A stretch of DNA of 64,000 nucleotides, from assembly GCA_002633005.1 (NCBI GenBank), contig NMRA01000514.1, positions 124,001 to 188,000 on the forward strand, in the 5' to 3' direction. Origin of the DNA: Phoronis australis. Taxonomy: Eukaryota > Animalia > Phoronida. Of the stretch, positions 1 through 13,449 are shown piece by piece; the stretch's first letter is position 1, and every line of letters starts with the position of its first letter. The notes beneath the pieces were generated by a model, which did no database searches, was not told the DNA's origin, and saw only the letters and a program-made list of their open reading frames with translations. A program made the translations under genes and the position numbers.

Positions 1-227
1 AGCCGGTCCAATTAAGAGGTATATAATGTAAGTGGTAACTATATAAAATTACTTATAAACATATCGTAGTGTTCAAATGTATTCTAAAATGTACTTGAAA
101 TCAATTTTGGAAAATTCCCTCAAACTGTGTTGTCGACCTCAGATTTGAAGTGCGATCATACATGATAATCTTGTCAGTCAGCTGTTTGTCTAATAACTGT
201 GTGCGCGTATTTATCATATGTGGGATG

Positions 228-380
228 ACTACAGAGTATTTTCTCTGCGCACATTTCAAAAATCTTTTTTTTTCTGGAAATTTCCTCAAGGTGAAATTGA
301 ATAACTCTGTAATCGACGTTACGAGATGATTATTTCGTCAGGAATTGTTTAAAAGATATTTTGGCTAGCTTTTGCATTCC
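228..380 (+). repeat. Diverged copy of the 27836-27996 repeat
   Basis: Shared blocks acagagt, catttcaaaaa, aaatttcctca, actctgta, gacgtt.cgagatg, ttcgtcag.aattgtt, aaagatattttg. Confidence 0.7.
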
Positions 381-3300
381 ATACCTGTTAGGAAAAGCAT
401 TGTGGTTCGTGAAGAGTCCCTGGAATTATCTCACACTCCAAAAAACGAGGTGTTTGGGGGATGAGCTGATAAATATTTAATACATACCCGATACATCTCA
501 TAAAAAACTCTGGTAACCATATGCCCCGTCTTGAACTTCAACTTTAGGTAACGTACACAAGAGCGCTGCCAGCGCCTTCTAGTTTAAAGCTACGTTCGCC
601 AACTTCAAAAACTGAAAAACCACTGAGTGAATTTTCTTCTTGAAAAATCATGCGTCCCAGATAATTTATTCAACATCATTTATGACTAGACAAAGTCATG
701 CTTAAGGATATCTAGGGCCTTATTAATTTTTGCAATATGAATACCTGTGTAGAAGAATCTGTTATCTTCATCTCTAATTAACCTTAAAATCAAGACGTTT
801 TATTGATAATTAAGTTAATTACGCATAGCAAATTCAGTTAATATTGCGAGTGAGTGTTGAAATAAAGACCATGTATAGTAAGGTTATATTGACCAAAACA
901 AGTTTTTACCGAATAATTTAGCAAAAACCGTGATTTTGAGACTCGACACGTTTTCGACTTTCTTTCGACTTCACAAAATCTGCTTAACTTTAACTTAAGA
1001 ACACAAGTTCTGGAAAATGGCACGGTGGACTTCATTGAAACTTCCCAATTCTAATATTCATTTACATGTATCAATCTCACTGAAAAACGCTATTAGGATT
1101 TTTTAAAGTCCTAGTTTTATTGTGCTGTGACATAGGTGAATACGACCGCTGTATTTTTACAAAAATGCCTAGAAACCAAACTAAAAGAGTTATCAAAAAT
1201 TCCTAACTGCTTTTTTAGAGATATCGGCAAGTTTTCTTTTGAAGAAGGTTTCATTAAAATCAACTAAACGGTATTTGTGCTATGAATGTACATTTGGTAG
1301 AAATGAAGCTTTGACTTAAAAATGGTGACCACGTTATCTTCACAATAACACGTATTACTAAGTGTATTTTCATAATCCTGATCTTTCTTCTTTCAGAAAG
1401 CACGTTTACTGGTTGACACAGCCTAGATTTTTCTGGTATATTGAGTTTGAACTAACGTTCCTCAATAAGATCCTGCATAACATTAATCAAGCCTTGCCAA
1501 CATCAACAAAGGATCTGGGGACATCCGGGATTGGATCCCGAGATTTTGATGTCGTGTCAAACCTTTTTCTTGGGGCACTGGAGTGAAAATGCACCCATTT
1601 CTATGTGTTGTATGCAAAAATAACTAAAGAATTTAACTAATGTGAACCCGGATATTTAAAAGTAGTTCGACAGTGTAATGGAACTAAAAACGGTGAAATC
1701 GGAATTCCACGTATTCTGCAAGTAATTCAAGAGATTTTTCGGAAACTAATTTTGAGATCTTATTCTTCAGCGATAAGATCGCTGAAAGTTAAATATTATA
1801 AATATAAGTTATTACATTTTAGCTGTTGGACGATTTGTGGAGTGAGCGTTGCTCTTCTTAAGCTGTGGCTAGTCCCTGTACCTCAATTCCTAGCCAATCA
1901 GTGCTCCGCAACTTGTAAACACAGCGACTGTCCGCCGCAACAAGCGCTGTTTTTTAACGATGCGCTTGGGGCTCTGACTGTCGCTGATAAAGCACATAGC
2001 AGACTTCACGATCAGCAAAATATAAGTCTGAAACAAGCGCAAAGTGAAAAGAATTCACATTCATAATGTTTCACAATGAGAGTTGACAAGTAAACTTGCA
2101 AAATATAACAGTGACTTACGGAAGCGAGTCCTTGTCGACATGCCCAACCACCAGTGAAAAAAAACAACAAATAGCGGTAGTCAAATTGCGGGGAAGTAGT
2201 TTTCCCATCGTCATTTGTACCATGCCTAAAACTTTCCGGAGTACAACGCGAAACAACCATTGCAAATACGGTTAGACATGGGCTGGTATAATCTTTAAAT
2301 GGGCTCAAAGCCTCGGGGCATGGCTATGCCGCTGCGTGCAACAATTCGGCTATGATTAGGTAACCGTTTTAGTGAGATGAGAGAAAAACACACCATAGTA
2401 AACTTATTAAGGTAGTAGGCTTGTGAAAGGACCTCCGTCTTGTGCTTGTCAGTGCTGGGAACCAATATCTCACATTGGTTCCCTGGGTTTGTGAGAAGTG
2501 GCAACGGAAACTGTGGTAATCGCATTCGTCGGGGCAATCTATTGCTTAGTTTGTGACGTACATTACAACTATGAGGTCGTCAAGAGCATATATGAACATT
2601 CCTGTTGGAGTACTTGACAACATTTGAGTAATTTTTTTAAGCTTCATTGCATGAAAAGGTTACTTACGTTTGGCAAAAATGTTGAGACTTAGTAAACTTC
2701 AGCAGTAGTGCCACTTTAGTTTAGTTAACGAACTCTGCACCAGAGAAATACCGAGACATCATTTTTTGTACTCATGGAGTAAGCAATGACTCAGTCTTTT
2801 CGATTACTGCACCATCTAAATTTAGCTTGGGCATCTACCGAGCAATACCACCACAATAGCGTCATTCAAAACAAAAGAAAATAATGTAATATTTTGAAAA
2901 AGTTTAAACTTTAAATATATCTTGCCTAGGTTCAGTTTCACACGCACGGGCTAAGTTGCTGCAGCACCCTTTATATGTAACTCCCATAATGAAGAAATCA
3001 AAACACTTTGATAAAACACATCCTGAGGGTTGGCAACTGAACCCTGTGCATCAACCATTCTCTGAGTCTCTCAAACGGTTAGTTACACTTTTCTATTGAG
3101 TAGATTAAGTTACAGTTTTCAGTCAAAGTTGCTGCAAAAATTTGAGGATTGGCGACGGTTAAAGTTCTAGTCGCACGTATTTTTGTCAATGGGGTAAAAC
3201 ACGGCTTATGGTCCTTTTAACAGCATTTCCACAATTTCCCGTCCTGATATAGCACAGCACCCTTCTCATTCCTCTAACGATGCAGTGGTGTCAAGCACTT

Positions 3301-3654
3301 GTTCTTCTCCTTCACATGCAAATTTACCAGTCACTATAAATTATCCTAATTATTAAGTAAACCATAATTATACGGCAGGCAAACTTGCATTCTTGCATTT
3401 CCAATTGCACTGCTGACACCACGAATTTGGTAAAAAAGCAAATCTCGGAGCTAGATGCGCAATCCATTATGGTTCTTATAAGTTTATCAGCAGAGAAATC
3501 ACATTTTGAAAAGTATGGTAGTCATATAATGACTTTTTACCTACACGAAAGAGGAGAGTTCAATCCGGGGCTAGCCTATTATATGACTCGAAATACAACT
3601 GAAAATAATGGTTCTTCAAGATAAGTCGTTTTCTTGGTGTTGCATTGGAATTCA

Positions 3655-3770
3655 GTCAGCGCATGAACCGTTCAACATCGTGCTGGAATGGCGAGAGTCA
3701 ACGCATGAACTGTTCAACATCGTGCTGGTCAACTCATGAGTCGTTCAACATCGTGCTGGAATGGCGAGAG
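3655..3770 (+). repeat. Minisatellite, three units
   Basis: gttcaacatcgtgctgg occurs three times, two of them followed by aatggcgagag. Confidence 0.8.
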
Positions 3771-4519
3771 CCCATTCTCGGGAATTCCTACATGCCCACC
3801 TGGGCTACCAGCGGATACATAAATCGTACGTCAATTAGTAACCTTTACAACCTGATCAAGCGTGTACATTCAAGAGTCTTGAGGTAACAAGTAAATCTTA
3901 AAACATAAGAAGTTAGTGTTTACGCTACTTTGCCATTTTTCCCCAGTTCTGTGATTGATACATCAGTAACTGTTGCTAGCAGCAACCATTAATCAGATCG
4001 AAATCGAGCACACCATTTGGCATTAGTTTACTGAGGAATTCAAGACTAAACTAAATACGCAGATTTAACTGCTTTTTGAGCTCAGTTGCCGAGTCCATCA
4101 CTTCTTCAGTCATTGTTACCTTCCACAAAATGATGATTCACGGGAGTTGAGAAACATTTACTCAGACAGGTATCTAGGTTAAAACAACTATTTCGCATTC
4201 CACTTCAGAAACTCCATGCTCGAGTGTCGTAACATGCTGAAAGATTGAATATTGCATTACTTTCTAATTGGCATGCCGTCTGAGGCAAACCCATCATCAC
4301 CTATTGGTAGTGTTATTAAGCACGTCAACAACTGTGTCGTGAGGCTAGAATCTTATGAAATTGGCGAGATCACACAAGTTTTCGCGTGACATCACCATGA
4401 ACTACAAGTAAAGGACATAGTTTTAAGGGGTCAAAAAAGTTTTTTTTTTGAGCCACGTTTCAGTCTGCCTGCCCCAATTTCATTAAAACTAGCGCATACT
4501 GATTTGGCTGGGTATTTCG

Positions 4520-6265
4520 AGTTTTGTGTTGCATGTGATGGCTACGAATGGCATTTGTAAAGTTTGTTTTTGGAACTGTTCTGAGTGAAAGATTGTCAGT
4601 TGTTGACCTCTTGACTCACTTTTTGCTCAGTCGTGGCTTTTCTTAAACCTTTGCTGCTTTCACTGGCGGGAAGTTGAAATTTAACAGGAAATTTATGCAC
4701 CTTTCAGATTCTTTGGATTTGTGAAAAAATCCCACTTTTCACCTGATTTCTGGAATCTGGAAAGTTTTGGCAGTCTGAACGAACTGTCTCTCAGTTTTAG
4801 TAATCGTGTACAAATGGTGGCTTTGGGGTAAAATCTGCTGATTTGGCGTATTTTTGCTCTTTTTTTAAGTTGCCGGCTGCGCTTCCGGTAGTAGTAAAAG
4901 GTGGGAAAATTGACTTTCGAATCAGTTTCAATAGACTTTGTGCAAGGTTTTTGAAGTCGTTGGCCCATTATGCTCTTTGAAGTTTCTGATTTTTTAAATA
5001 CTGTGGAACAGAAAGACTATTGGATCTGACTTGACCTGGTTTTCCAAGTCCCAAATCAGCAAAAACTGTTGAATGCCACCTTAGGCCTAAATATCCCTCT
5101 CTCGGGTATCAAGCGTTATTGAGCGCAACACTGGTCTTCAATGACACGACAAGTCATGTGACTTTCAAAGTATAGAGAATGATTGACCAGAGGTGTTCCG
5201 GAATTTGCAAATGGATCTTTTACCACTAGGAAGGGTAATGTTCCGTGCACCAAGTTTCTTGCGAGAAACTGAGCGAGATCTTTCAAGACCACGCACAATC
5301 ACGCGAGAGAATACTGAATGATTCGGTAGTGTAGTCGAGACCAATCATAACCTAACAAAATGGCGGCCATTGAATTGATTGAAAGCTGAAGTTGAAGTGT
5401 TGAATAATGAGATAGAATTTAAGGGATAGAATTCATTGTTTTCGTTCTATAATAGAAGATTTTCGCTCCAAGTGTTTATTCATGTATATTTGGTGTACGG
5501 AACGTAGAATCTCTGTTACAACACTCGGCAAATATCGGTTGCAGCCGTAGTTTCTCGGACACTGGGAAAGCAAGATTTTGACCTTTTGTGCATGTTCTTG
5601 AAGCAGTTTTTGACAAGGGTGGCTACCTTACACATGAGTTTCGTAAATATTATTCATGCGTCCCACACAATGACAGTAAGAAAACATCCGGTGTCGGCTC
5701 TGAGGTTGAAGGGCTTCAGGAAAAAGTGATTCAAATTCCAGAACCCACTGAGGTGCCACTCAATAGCTTTTTAGCCACTATTGAATTTACCTCCATTAAA
5801 GGTTGGCAACTGCTGGGTTGACTGGCCACTTTTACTTTTATATATTGCGTGTGAAGGCTACGAATGAGGTTTGCTTGATTTTACTGAGTCTACTCTCATT
5901 GAGCGAAAGCTAGTTGTTTAACTGTAGACCTATTTCTTGGTCAGTGGTGGTTTTTCTCAAACCTTTACTTCAAGAAAGCGGGAAGTTAAAATTTGGCAGA
6001 AAATTCAAACATCGTTCAGAAATTTTGAATTTGTAAATATTTGTCTGGTCGGTTCCCACCTTTCATGGTGGATTTCTAAAATCTGGAGGGTTTCGGCAGT
6101 CTGAATGTTGTCATAGCAATCGCATGGGAATGATAGCTGATTTTATATATTTTACTTATTTTTGAAGTACCCGGTTGCACTTTTGGAAGTCGTAAAAAGT
6201 GGCAAGTCACATGGAAATAAGTTTTATTAGACTAGATGCAAGTTTTTTGAAGTCTTTGGCCCAAT
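4520..6265 (+). repeat. Two diverged direct copies (~4520-4970 and ~5840-6265) of a ~440-bp transposon-derived repeat
   Basis: Collinear shared blocks tgtga.ggctacgaatg, aaaccttt, gcgggaagtt.aaattt, aatctgga, ggcagtctgaa, tagact..tgcaag.tttttgaagtc.ttggccca. Confidence 0.7.
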
Positions 6266-7189
6266 GTACCTTTCATGTTTTCAGATTTATGTACAACCTG
6301 TAGAACAAGGGGAGAGAGCTGTGTTGGTCTGCTTTAAAGCCCAAAACCAACAAAACTGATGAGTGCCACGTTATACGCTCAACGACGAGCTCAAATTCCC
6401 TTTGTAGCACCCTCGTAATAGGCACACCGCAAAAAATTGCAAGTGTGTGTAGCATTGCTGAAAAAAGATGCGCGTGTAACAAAACGAACGTAAAAATAAT
6501 GGTCGACGTTTCGCTATAGCCACGCAAAATTGATTACGAATCTAAATGCGCATCAAATCATGTTGAATATCGAAAATGCGATTTGTATAGTTTGCAGACA
6601 TCTCATCCCCTAGTGTAACAAGCGCTTCACTGTCGAACCACCCCGAGTTGCTCAATGCTGAAATACAAAGTATAATGACGAAAACTTAATCGCTCTTGCT
6701 ATCTCTCATAAACCTGTCATATGATGGACAAAAGGGTGTACGAGTTATTGAGCAAACGACAACTTATTCTGCTTCGTTGGATTCAAAAGGACAGAAGTGG
6801 AAAACATTTGACATCTTATCTACGTGATTATATCGGTTATAAAAACGCACTTCACTATATCGCATAAGTTTCATGACACGGATGGCTTAGCTTAAGTAGC
6901 CTACTTACTAAGAGGTTGACTACCACTTTTCTTTTATTAAAAAATGTCCCACGGCGATCGTCTGATCAGTTTTGGACGGGTTCAAATTCTAATAAAAAGC
7001 ACAAATGAATACCCAACTACATATGCCGAAACACGGCTAGCAATCTTTATCATGACGTGTATTTTATGCGCAGGCACAACGGTGCGCGTGTGAACATGAG
7101 TGCGCGCTACTTCACACACAGAGACGAACACGAAGGTCTTGTATTCAGAAATAAGCAAGTAGCCCAAATTTGCACACCAGTCAGGAAGT

Positions 7190-7250
7190 CAGACTAGACA
7201 AACAGACAGACAAGCCTGCAGACAGACAAGCCTGCAGACAGATACACACC
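7190..7250. repeat. Degenerate (CAGA)n simple repeat
   Basis: cagacagacaagcctg twice, within cagac-rich sequence. Confidence 0.7.
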
Positions 7251-8114
7251 ACCACCGTGTCACAAACACGCTCACGTTTGTAGACTGCCTGGCCTGTAAC
7301 AACAGTATGAATACCGTGACACAGGATAATGCATGTGAATAAACTCCGAAATAAGCTGTGCATGCATGGACCTTGTTGAAGAAAGCTTAGGAAATCAATT
7401 TATGAAAATTCTCAAATTTCCCTTCTCAGTAATTAAAGAGATGCTAACTCGAACACAGACAGCACAAAACACTCTTGCTGCTTTGCGTTACTATGACGGA
7501 CGCGTTCATTGACCCGTTCATGAAAGAAATGCTACAATTTTGGTATGTCTTACTGGTGCAGTTCCACTATGGGAAAGTGCCCTAGTTGTTACAACTGAAA
7601 TATGAAGTGTCATGCCATTGCTGTCAGTTGACGACTCGGTAATTATTCGAACTAAACAACCTGTAATTCCGCTGAACTATGTTGTTCTGTGGCGATAATG
7701 CGAAAATAATCTTCATTATTGTGTTCAGATAATGTGCTTGGAAATATTAGTCGCGCTGCCATTACAGCGACGAAATTAACAACTTTGTTTTGTACTCATG
7801 AAAAGCAAATTATATTCCCACACGTACGTTGGCCTGACACGCCCCTATGACCCTCGCATGTCCTTTCGTTAACACCTGACCAGTTAAAGGTTAATTGTTC
7901 GGTTAAGGTGTTCCTTTCAAATATGAACCTGCCTCGGCCTGCGCACTCCATTGTCTTGCGCGCGCTCTCTCTCTCTGTTTAATTTCGGAATAGCTAAGAT
8001 CGATGATCAAGTTCACAGTGGGCAGCTACATGTCAGAGCGGGGTCACTGACCAGCTCAGGGTAACTGAAACCTACTGAACCGTAACTCCTTCTCACTGAT
8101 GCTTCTAGCCACAG

Positions 8115-8395
8115 CTTTTGACCTTTCACGAATGAGCGAAAATCGATGCGTGCGCATCCCGCTGTATTTGTAAGTTAGCAATCATCCAATCCTGAATCCA
8201 GAACGTGTCACGCGGAGATGTCGTCTGCTCGGTAAGGTGGCTGTTGATACTGCCCGATTACGCATCTAAACTTTTGCGTGCTGGAAGCATTAGTTAGTGA
8301 TTTCTACAGATCATTTTATCTCTCAATTCGTCTACTAACATGGTTGCTTTGGGTGGTTGCTATCCTACAATCCTTTGTGTATGTGGCGTCTATCC
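8115..8395 (+). repeat. Dispersed repeat, related to 54640-54945
   Basis: agcgaaaatcgatgcgtgcgcatc is identical in both copies. The downstream blocks tccagaa..tcacgc and ctatcc..aatcctttgt..gtct are collinear. Confidence 0.65.
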
Positions 8396-10477
8396 CTAAA
8401 ACTGTCAACTACAGACGAGACAACTGAAACTTAGCACCAATCTCCCAGTGAACGAACCCATGGGACATAATACGTTCATTCGCTTGGTATACGGGACGTC
8501 CAGTTGGTTCATTTTTTTAGCAATAGTTCTGTTTCCAAAACGAAAGCTAACTTAGACACTGTTGTCAGGGTTTCTCCGCTACTTAACAGAATGTCTACAT
8601 CCATATCTCTGAATCGTGGAAGAATTCCCTTGTGTTACTACCGAGATTTCGTTACACTTCACAAAAACTATACTAGTTTCTAGGTATCAGAAGAAATATG
8701 TTGTGCCCTGCAACATTGAACTTAATTCAAATAAAAGATAATAAACAAGCCAACAAATGAATTCCAAATTTCGTCTATACGCAACTTTTGATTGCTCATT
8801 AGGCTTGCGCTAAGCCAAAGATGGTCTGTCGTGTCGATTTGTTTACCTCTCATGCAGAAGAGTGGCAACACGTCTGACTACTCATCGTCAACACAAATAT
8901 ACGACCTTGCTAACCAGGTTCATGTACGTCTAGATCCGTGTGTGTAACAAGAAAGCAGGTTCATTAGGATTGCTTGAATGATCACTGACAATTAATCAGG
9001 TATATCAAAGTTATCCTTAATATGTCCGGGACTTTTTGGTTACCTGCGGCTTTTGATGTTTTTCAATGAAAAACACCTCCACAATCACGATGTTTATCAT
9101 CACGCTTATGAGGGCGTAAATAACGCTATCGCTTACAAGTAGTTTTGAAGATATTGCAGGTTTATACTGCAGGTATTTGAAATGAAAAACAAACATCTCC
9201 GGTAAAATAGCAACTGTTAGCTTTGCCGGTTTAGCGCATGCCTCAATGACTCTTTTCATATACAACAGTATTGTATGCAAAAATATCTGGTCTCATCATA
9301 GAAAATAAAACATCTGCGAAATGATCGTTTGCTCGTAACGGTGTCACAGAAAATCAAAATCTAATATAACACGGGCTTTAATGGTTTTGCTGTTAAGAAA
9401 ATGTAAGCCAATGAATGTGTGAGGAATTTGAACGGTATTCAGTTTAAACGCCCTTTTCTACATGTTAGTTTGTATCCACGTTGCCATACTTCTCAAGCCT
9501 TTCTAAAACAGGCAAATCGAATCCATGAGGTCAGCCTCCCATAGATGAGAAAATGATAAGATGACGCTGATTATAAAATACATTAGTTTAAATGCCAGTC
9601 CAGGGACCTGCACTCGGGTAACGATAAGGGTTTTGTGTAATTGCGTCCTTAAACTGTAACATGAGTGGCTCCTTTCCTTTGTACGTCACAATGTATCACC
9701 AAAAATTTACAAATAGACATGATGCAGAACACTAGTTATGAGTGGACCTTTGCATCAACTATCGTTTGAATGGCCGGTAAGTTTTATCGAATGTTGGCGT
9801 TCACACACATTTGAAATGACCATCGCAGTCAGCACGGAAGTCGTTTTTAACCGGTGCCCCTAAAATTAGCGTAATTTCAGGGCCATAACAGCTAGTTTGT
9901 GAAACTCCACAAATCGCGTGGTGCTTACTGACGACTGTTATCAACTTCGAAGTACCGTGCACAAACTGCTGCGACAGTTTGTGGAACTACTCCACAAACC
10001 ACAACATGCCGAAAAGCAAAAAAAAAACACGATACCCCAAAGTCTGCTCAAACTGTCAAAATTTGAGGATTGTGACTGTTTGCGGTGTAACAGAGCGTCC
10101 CCAGGTCATTGAGCGACAACAGCTGCATCAAGTGACAAAAGTCAAGCAAAGCGTTAGTCAACGCAGGTATCACTTAATTTTCCTCGGTAAATTTTTTTAC
10201 ACCGGCGTTTCTGATTGGCTAGTCGAATTCTCAACAGGCAGCGCTTTACGCACACAAACTGGCATGACTGATGGACTTAAGTGTAAATGTGGTCTGTAAC
10301 TTGCACAGACAAATCGGTGCTTAAAATTTATGTTCAGGAAATGTGAAGCCTAGAAATTGTGATTGCCCCTTTTCGGAATGCATCTTTCTACTGTCGATGA
10401 CTTTTGTTTACGATAGTGTCATGTATTCATACAGTATGAATAACACACCGGTTAAATCGGCCAGATATGTGTTTATT

Positions 10478-10616
10478 CAGTGGCGGATCTAGGATATCAC
10501 AAGGGGAGGGGGCCCAACATTTTGTCCAGCTGTAAGCATTTGCGCAAACTGAACCACGATTGTAGATGCGCATAGCACCGAATGGGGGGAGGTCGGGAGG
10601 AAATTTTTCTGTTTTT
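10478..10616 (+). mobile_element. hAT-type MITE end running into the N-gap
   Basis: CAGTGGCGGATCTAGGATATC terminus; a related terminus, CATAGGCGGATCCAGGATATC, is at 52669. Confidence 0.5.
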
Positions 10617-11346
10617 NNNNNNNNNNNNNNNNNNNNNNNNNNNNNNNNNNNNNNNNNNNNNNNNNNNNNNNNNNNNNNNNNNNNNNNNNNNNNNNNNNNN
10701 NNNNNNNNNNNNNNNNNNNNNNNNNNNNNNNNNNNNNNNNNNNNNNNNNNNNNNNNNNNNNNNNNNNNNNNNNNNNNNNNNNNNNNNNNNNNNNNNNNNN
10801 NNNNNNNNNNNNNNNNNNNNNNNNNNNNNNNNNNNNNNNNNNNNNNNNNNNNNNNNNNNNNNNNNNNNNNNNNNNNNNNNNNNNNNNNNNNNNNNNNNNN
10901 NNNNNNNNNNNNNNNNNNNNNNNNNNNNNNNNNNNNNNNNNNNNNNNNNNNNNNNNNNNNNNNNNNNNNNNNNNNNNNNNNNNNNNNNNNNNNNNNNNNN
11001 NNNNNNNNNNNNNNNNNNNNNNNNNNNNNNNNNNNNNNNNNNNNNNNNNNNNNNNNNNNNNNNNNNNNNNNNNNNNNNNNNNNNNNNNNNNNNNNNNNNN
11101 NNNNNNNNNNNNNNNNNNNNNNNNNNNNNNNNNNNNNNNNNNNNNNNNNNNNNNNNNNNNNNNNNNNNNNNNNNNNNNNNNNNNNNNNNNNNNNNNNNNN
11201 NNNNNNNNNNNNNNNNNNNNNNNNNNNNNNNNNNNNNNNNNNNNNNNNNNNNNNNNNNNNNNNNNNNNNNNNNNNNNNNNNNNNNNNNNNNNNNNNNNNN
11301 NNNNNNNNNNNNNNNNNNNNNNNNNNNNNNNNNNNNNNNNNNNNNN
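10617..11346. other. Assembly gap
   Basis: Run of N. Confidence 1.
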
Positions 11347-11659
11347 GCTGAAGCGCGTGCCACTGCGTGATACCCGGTGCGTGCTGGCTGGGCTAAGCAC
11401 ACAGGGAACCAGCGAGAATGTAGTGCAGTTAGTAATGTGGGTGAACTCCGGGGGTACGAGGATTCGAAGCTCTATGTCCGTACTTGACATGTTGCCCGGA
11501 GTGACTTGCACAAACTCTTTCTGCACGCCGACAAAACTGACGTCAACCAAGCTCAGTTCAGTTGCTCGACGCCAGTTAGTCTACCATGAACCCGCATTCC
11601 CTACCTCGTTGTAGTAGGTCTGGGTAGAGTTGCATAGCTGTCTCGTGGTTAGATTTATT

Positions 11660-11732
11660 TAGCCAAAATCACTTGTTTCCATTCAAAATGCATGTCAAAA
11701 TCTCGCGTTATTTCGCGAAGTTTTGCTTTTCT
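11660..11732 (+). repeat. Dispersed repeat family B, partial diverged copy
   Basis: agccaaaatcac..cattcaaaat..tctcgcgttatttcgcgaagttttgctttt resembles the core of 35895-35965. Confidence 0.55.
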
Positions 11733-13183
11733 AAATATAATTCACGAAGTTATTAACGGCACAAAGTTAGAGATACCCGAACCCCTTGTGACACCCTGTT
11801 CACTTATTTTGAAGGCCAATAAAAGTACATGTCTCATATTGCTGTTTACAGTAGCTACGAGTTCTATCGCTGTAATTTGTTGAGTCATTGTGGACTCGCG
11901 TGAATCAGGCGATAGCGGTAGACGGTAATTGTTGCTCTCGTAACAATATTCCGATTGTTCCAGGTTCACTCCACTACAATTTTTCTGCAGTTATGATAGT
12001 CACCAATTGATTGTTATACCTTGTTATCTGCAATCAAAAAAGATGAGTCATCGCTTATTATTTTCGGTCTGCTTACCAATTTTGAACACGTGGGATTTTT
12101 GCTGAGCGTCGGCGCCAGTGGGTTCTGTTATAGTCTGTGGGCTCTGAGTGATAGAACATTTTGAGAATATTTTCACTTGGCAATTTGTTTTCTTCTGACT
12201 AATGCAACATTTCTAATTCATTGTTCAAAGAGTCTCCACGTTTAAAGTTGCCCATTTCCTGTAACAAACGGAGTGAGAGATATTGAACAATAGACGGCGC
12301 TGTATACAACGGCATTCGCTAACTGAATCCGTACCTGGTACTCGCGGAAAATGCAGAATATACATCTCCCGCGGGTACAAGAGCATGAAAACCTGATCAA
12401 TTTGACAAAAGCTATTGTTAAAACAGATTATCTGAATTTTCAAGAGGTTGTAATCTTAAATTTGATTATGAAAAACACACATTCAATAAAAATACGTTTG
12501 CATGAACAGCGCGAGTCAGAGTCGCAGTTTCCAGGGGTCTGGAAAAATTGATTCGCTGCGGTATACCCAAGAATTTCTTTATTATGTCCTGTTTATTTTG
12601 AAACAAAATGACGTCATGTTGAAAGGGCACTATTGCAGAATACGTTTCAATAGAACGTTAAAAATAATTAATCAGTCGGTAATGATTGTAACTCCAATGA
12701 AGTCGAAGGACATGTTTAACTTGCCTGCGAACAGTGCGTGTCCGCGATAATAGTATTCGTCCGCAATAACAGTGTATGTCCGCAATAACATTCCTTGTGG
12801 TCTGAATAATCACAAACTGTTAAGATTGTAATCTCAATGACATAAAGTAGGGGACGGACACATCAGGGAGAAAAAATGGCTCCTCATTTGACTTAAGTTT
12901 CCGCGACAATCCCAATCACTTCGGTGATAAATAAAGGATAAACGAAAGGTGACAATTCTTCATTAACTTTTTACTAGGCACCAACTTCACAAGCAATTTA
13001 CATTACATTTTTGTATACAGCTGAAATATTGGAACATTGAAATCGTCCAAGAATAAGCAATTGACGCCGTGGTACAAATCAAAGCTTCAATAATCCGGTA
13101 AATGTTGATCAATTTTCAATTTTTGTCCTCTTGTATGTCTCGATGAACGTAGAATGACACAACTTCGTGCTCCATGTTGCATT

Positions 13184-13449
13184 TGTTACGGGGCTCACCC
13201 AAACTGTTTGAAAAGGGTACTTACTGTTCAATATGGAGTAGTGTCGTGGGAAGCCAGAAGAGGATATCGTTTGGAGGACGAGGAGCCTGAGTTGGTCGAA
13301 GTTGTATTTTTCTGTTGAATTGTCTTTGTATTTGATTGAGAGGTGGGGCGAGTATCTCTGGTGAAGGTCGACGACTGAGGTCCTCTTTTGTCTCCCCTTT
13401 CCAACTATTTGCCCCCATAACTACTAATTCATAATACTATCCGTTAACA
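13184..13449 (-). mobile_element. Possible solo LTR
   Basis: TG...CA ends with an imperfect inverted repeat (tgttacgg / ccgttaaca) and a length of 266 bp. No TSD, PBS or PPT could be confirmed. Confidence 0.35.

Noticed and set aside
3655-3770. Repeated gttcaacatcgtgctgg resembling a CRISPR repeat
   Set aside because: The intervening sequences are short and similar to each other, there are only three units, the context is eukaryotic, and there are no cas genes.
10489-11550. Long ORFs (261-353 aa) in the ORF track
   Set aside because: Their length comes from translating the N-gap.
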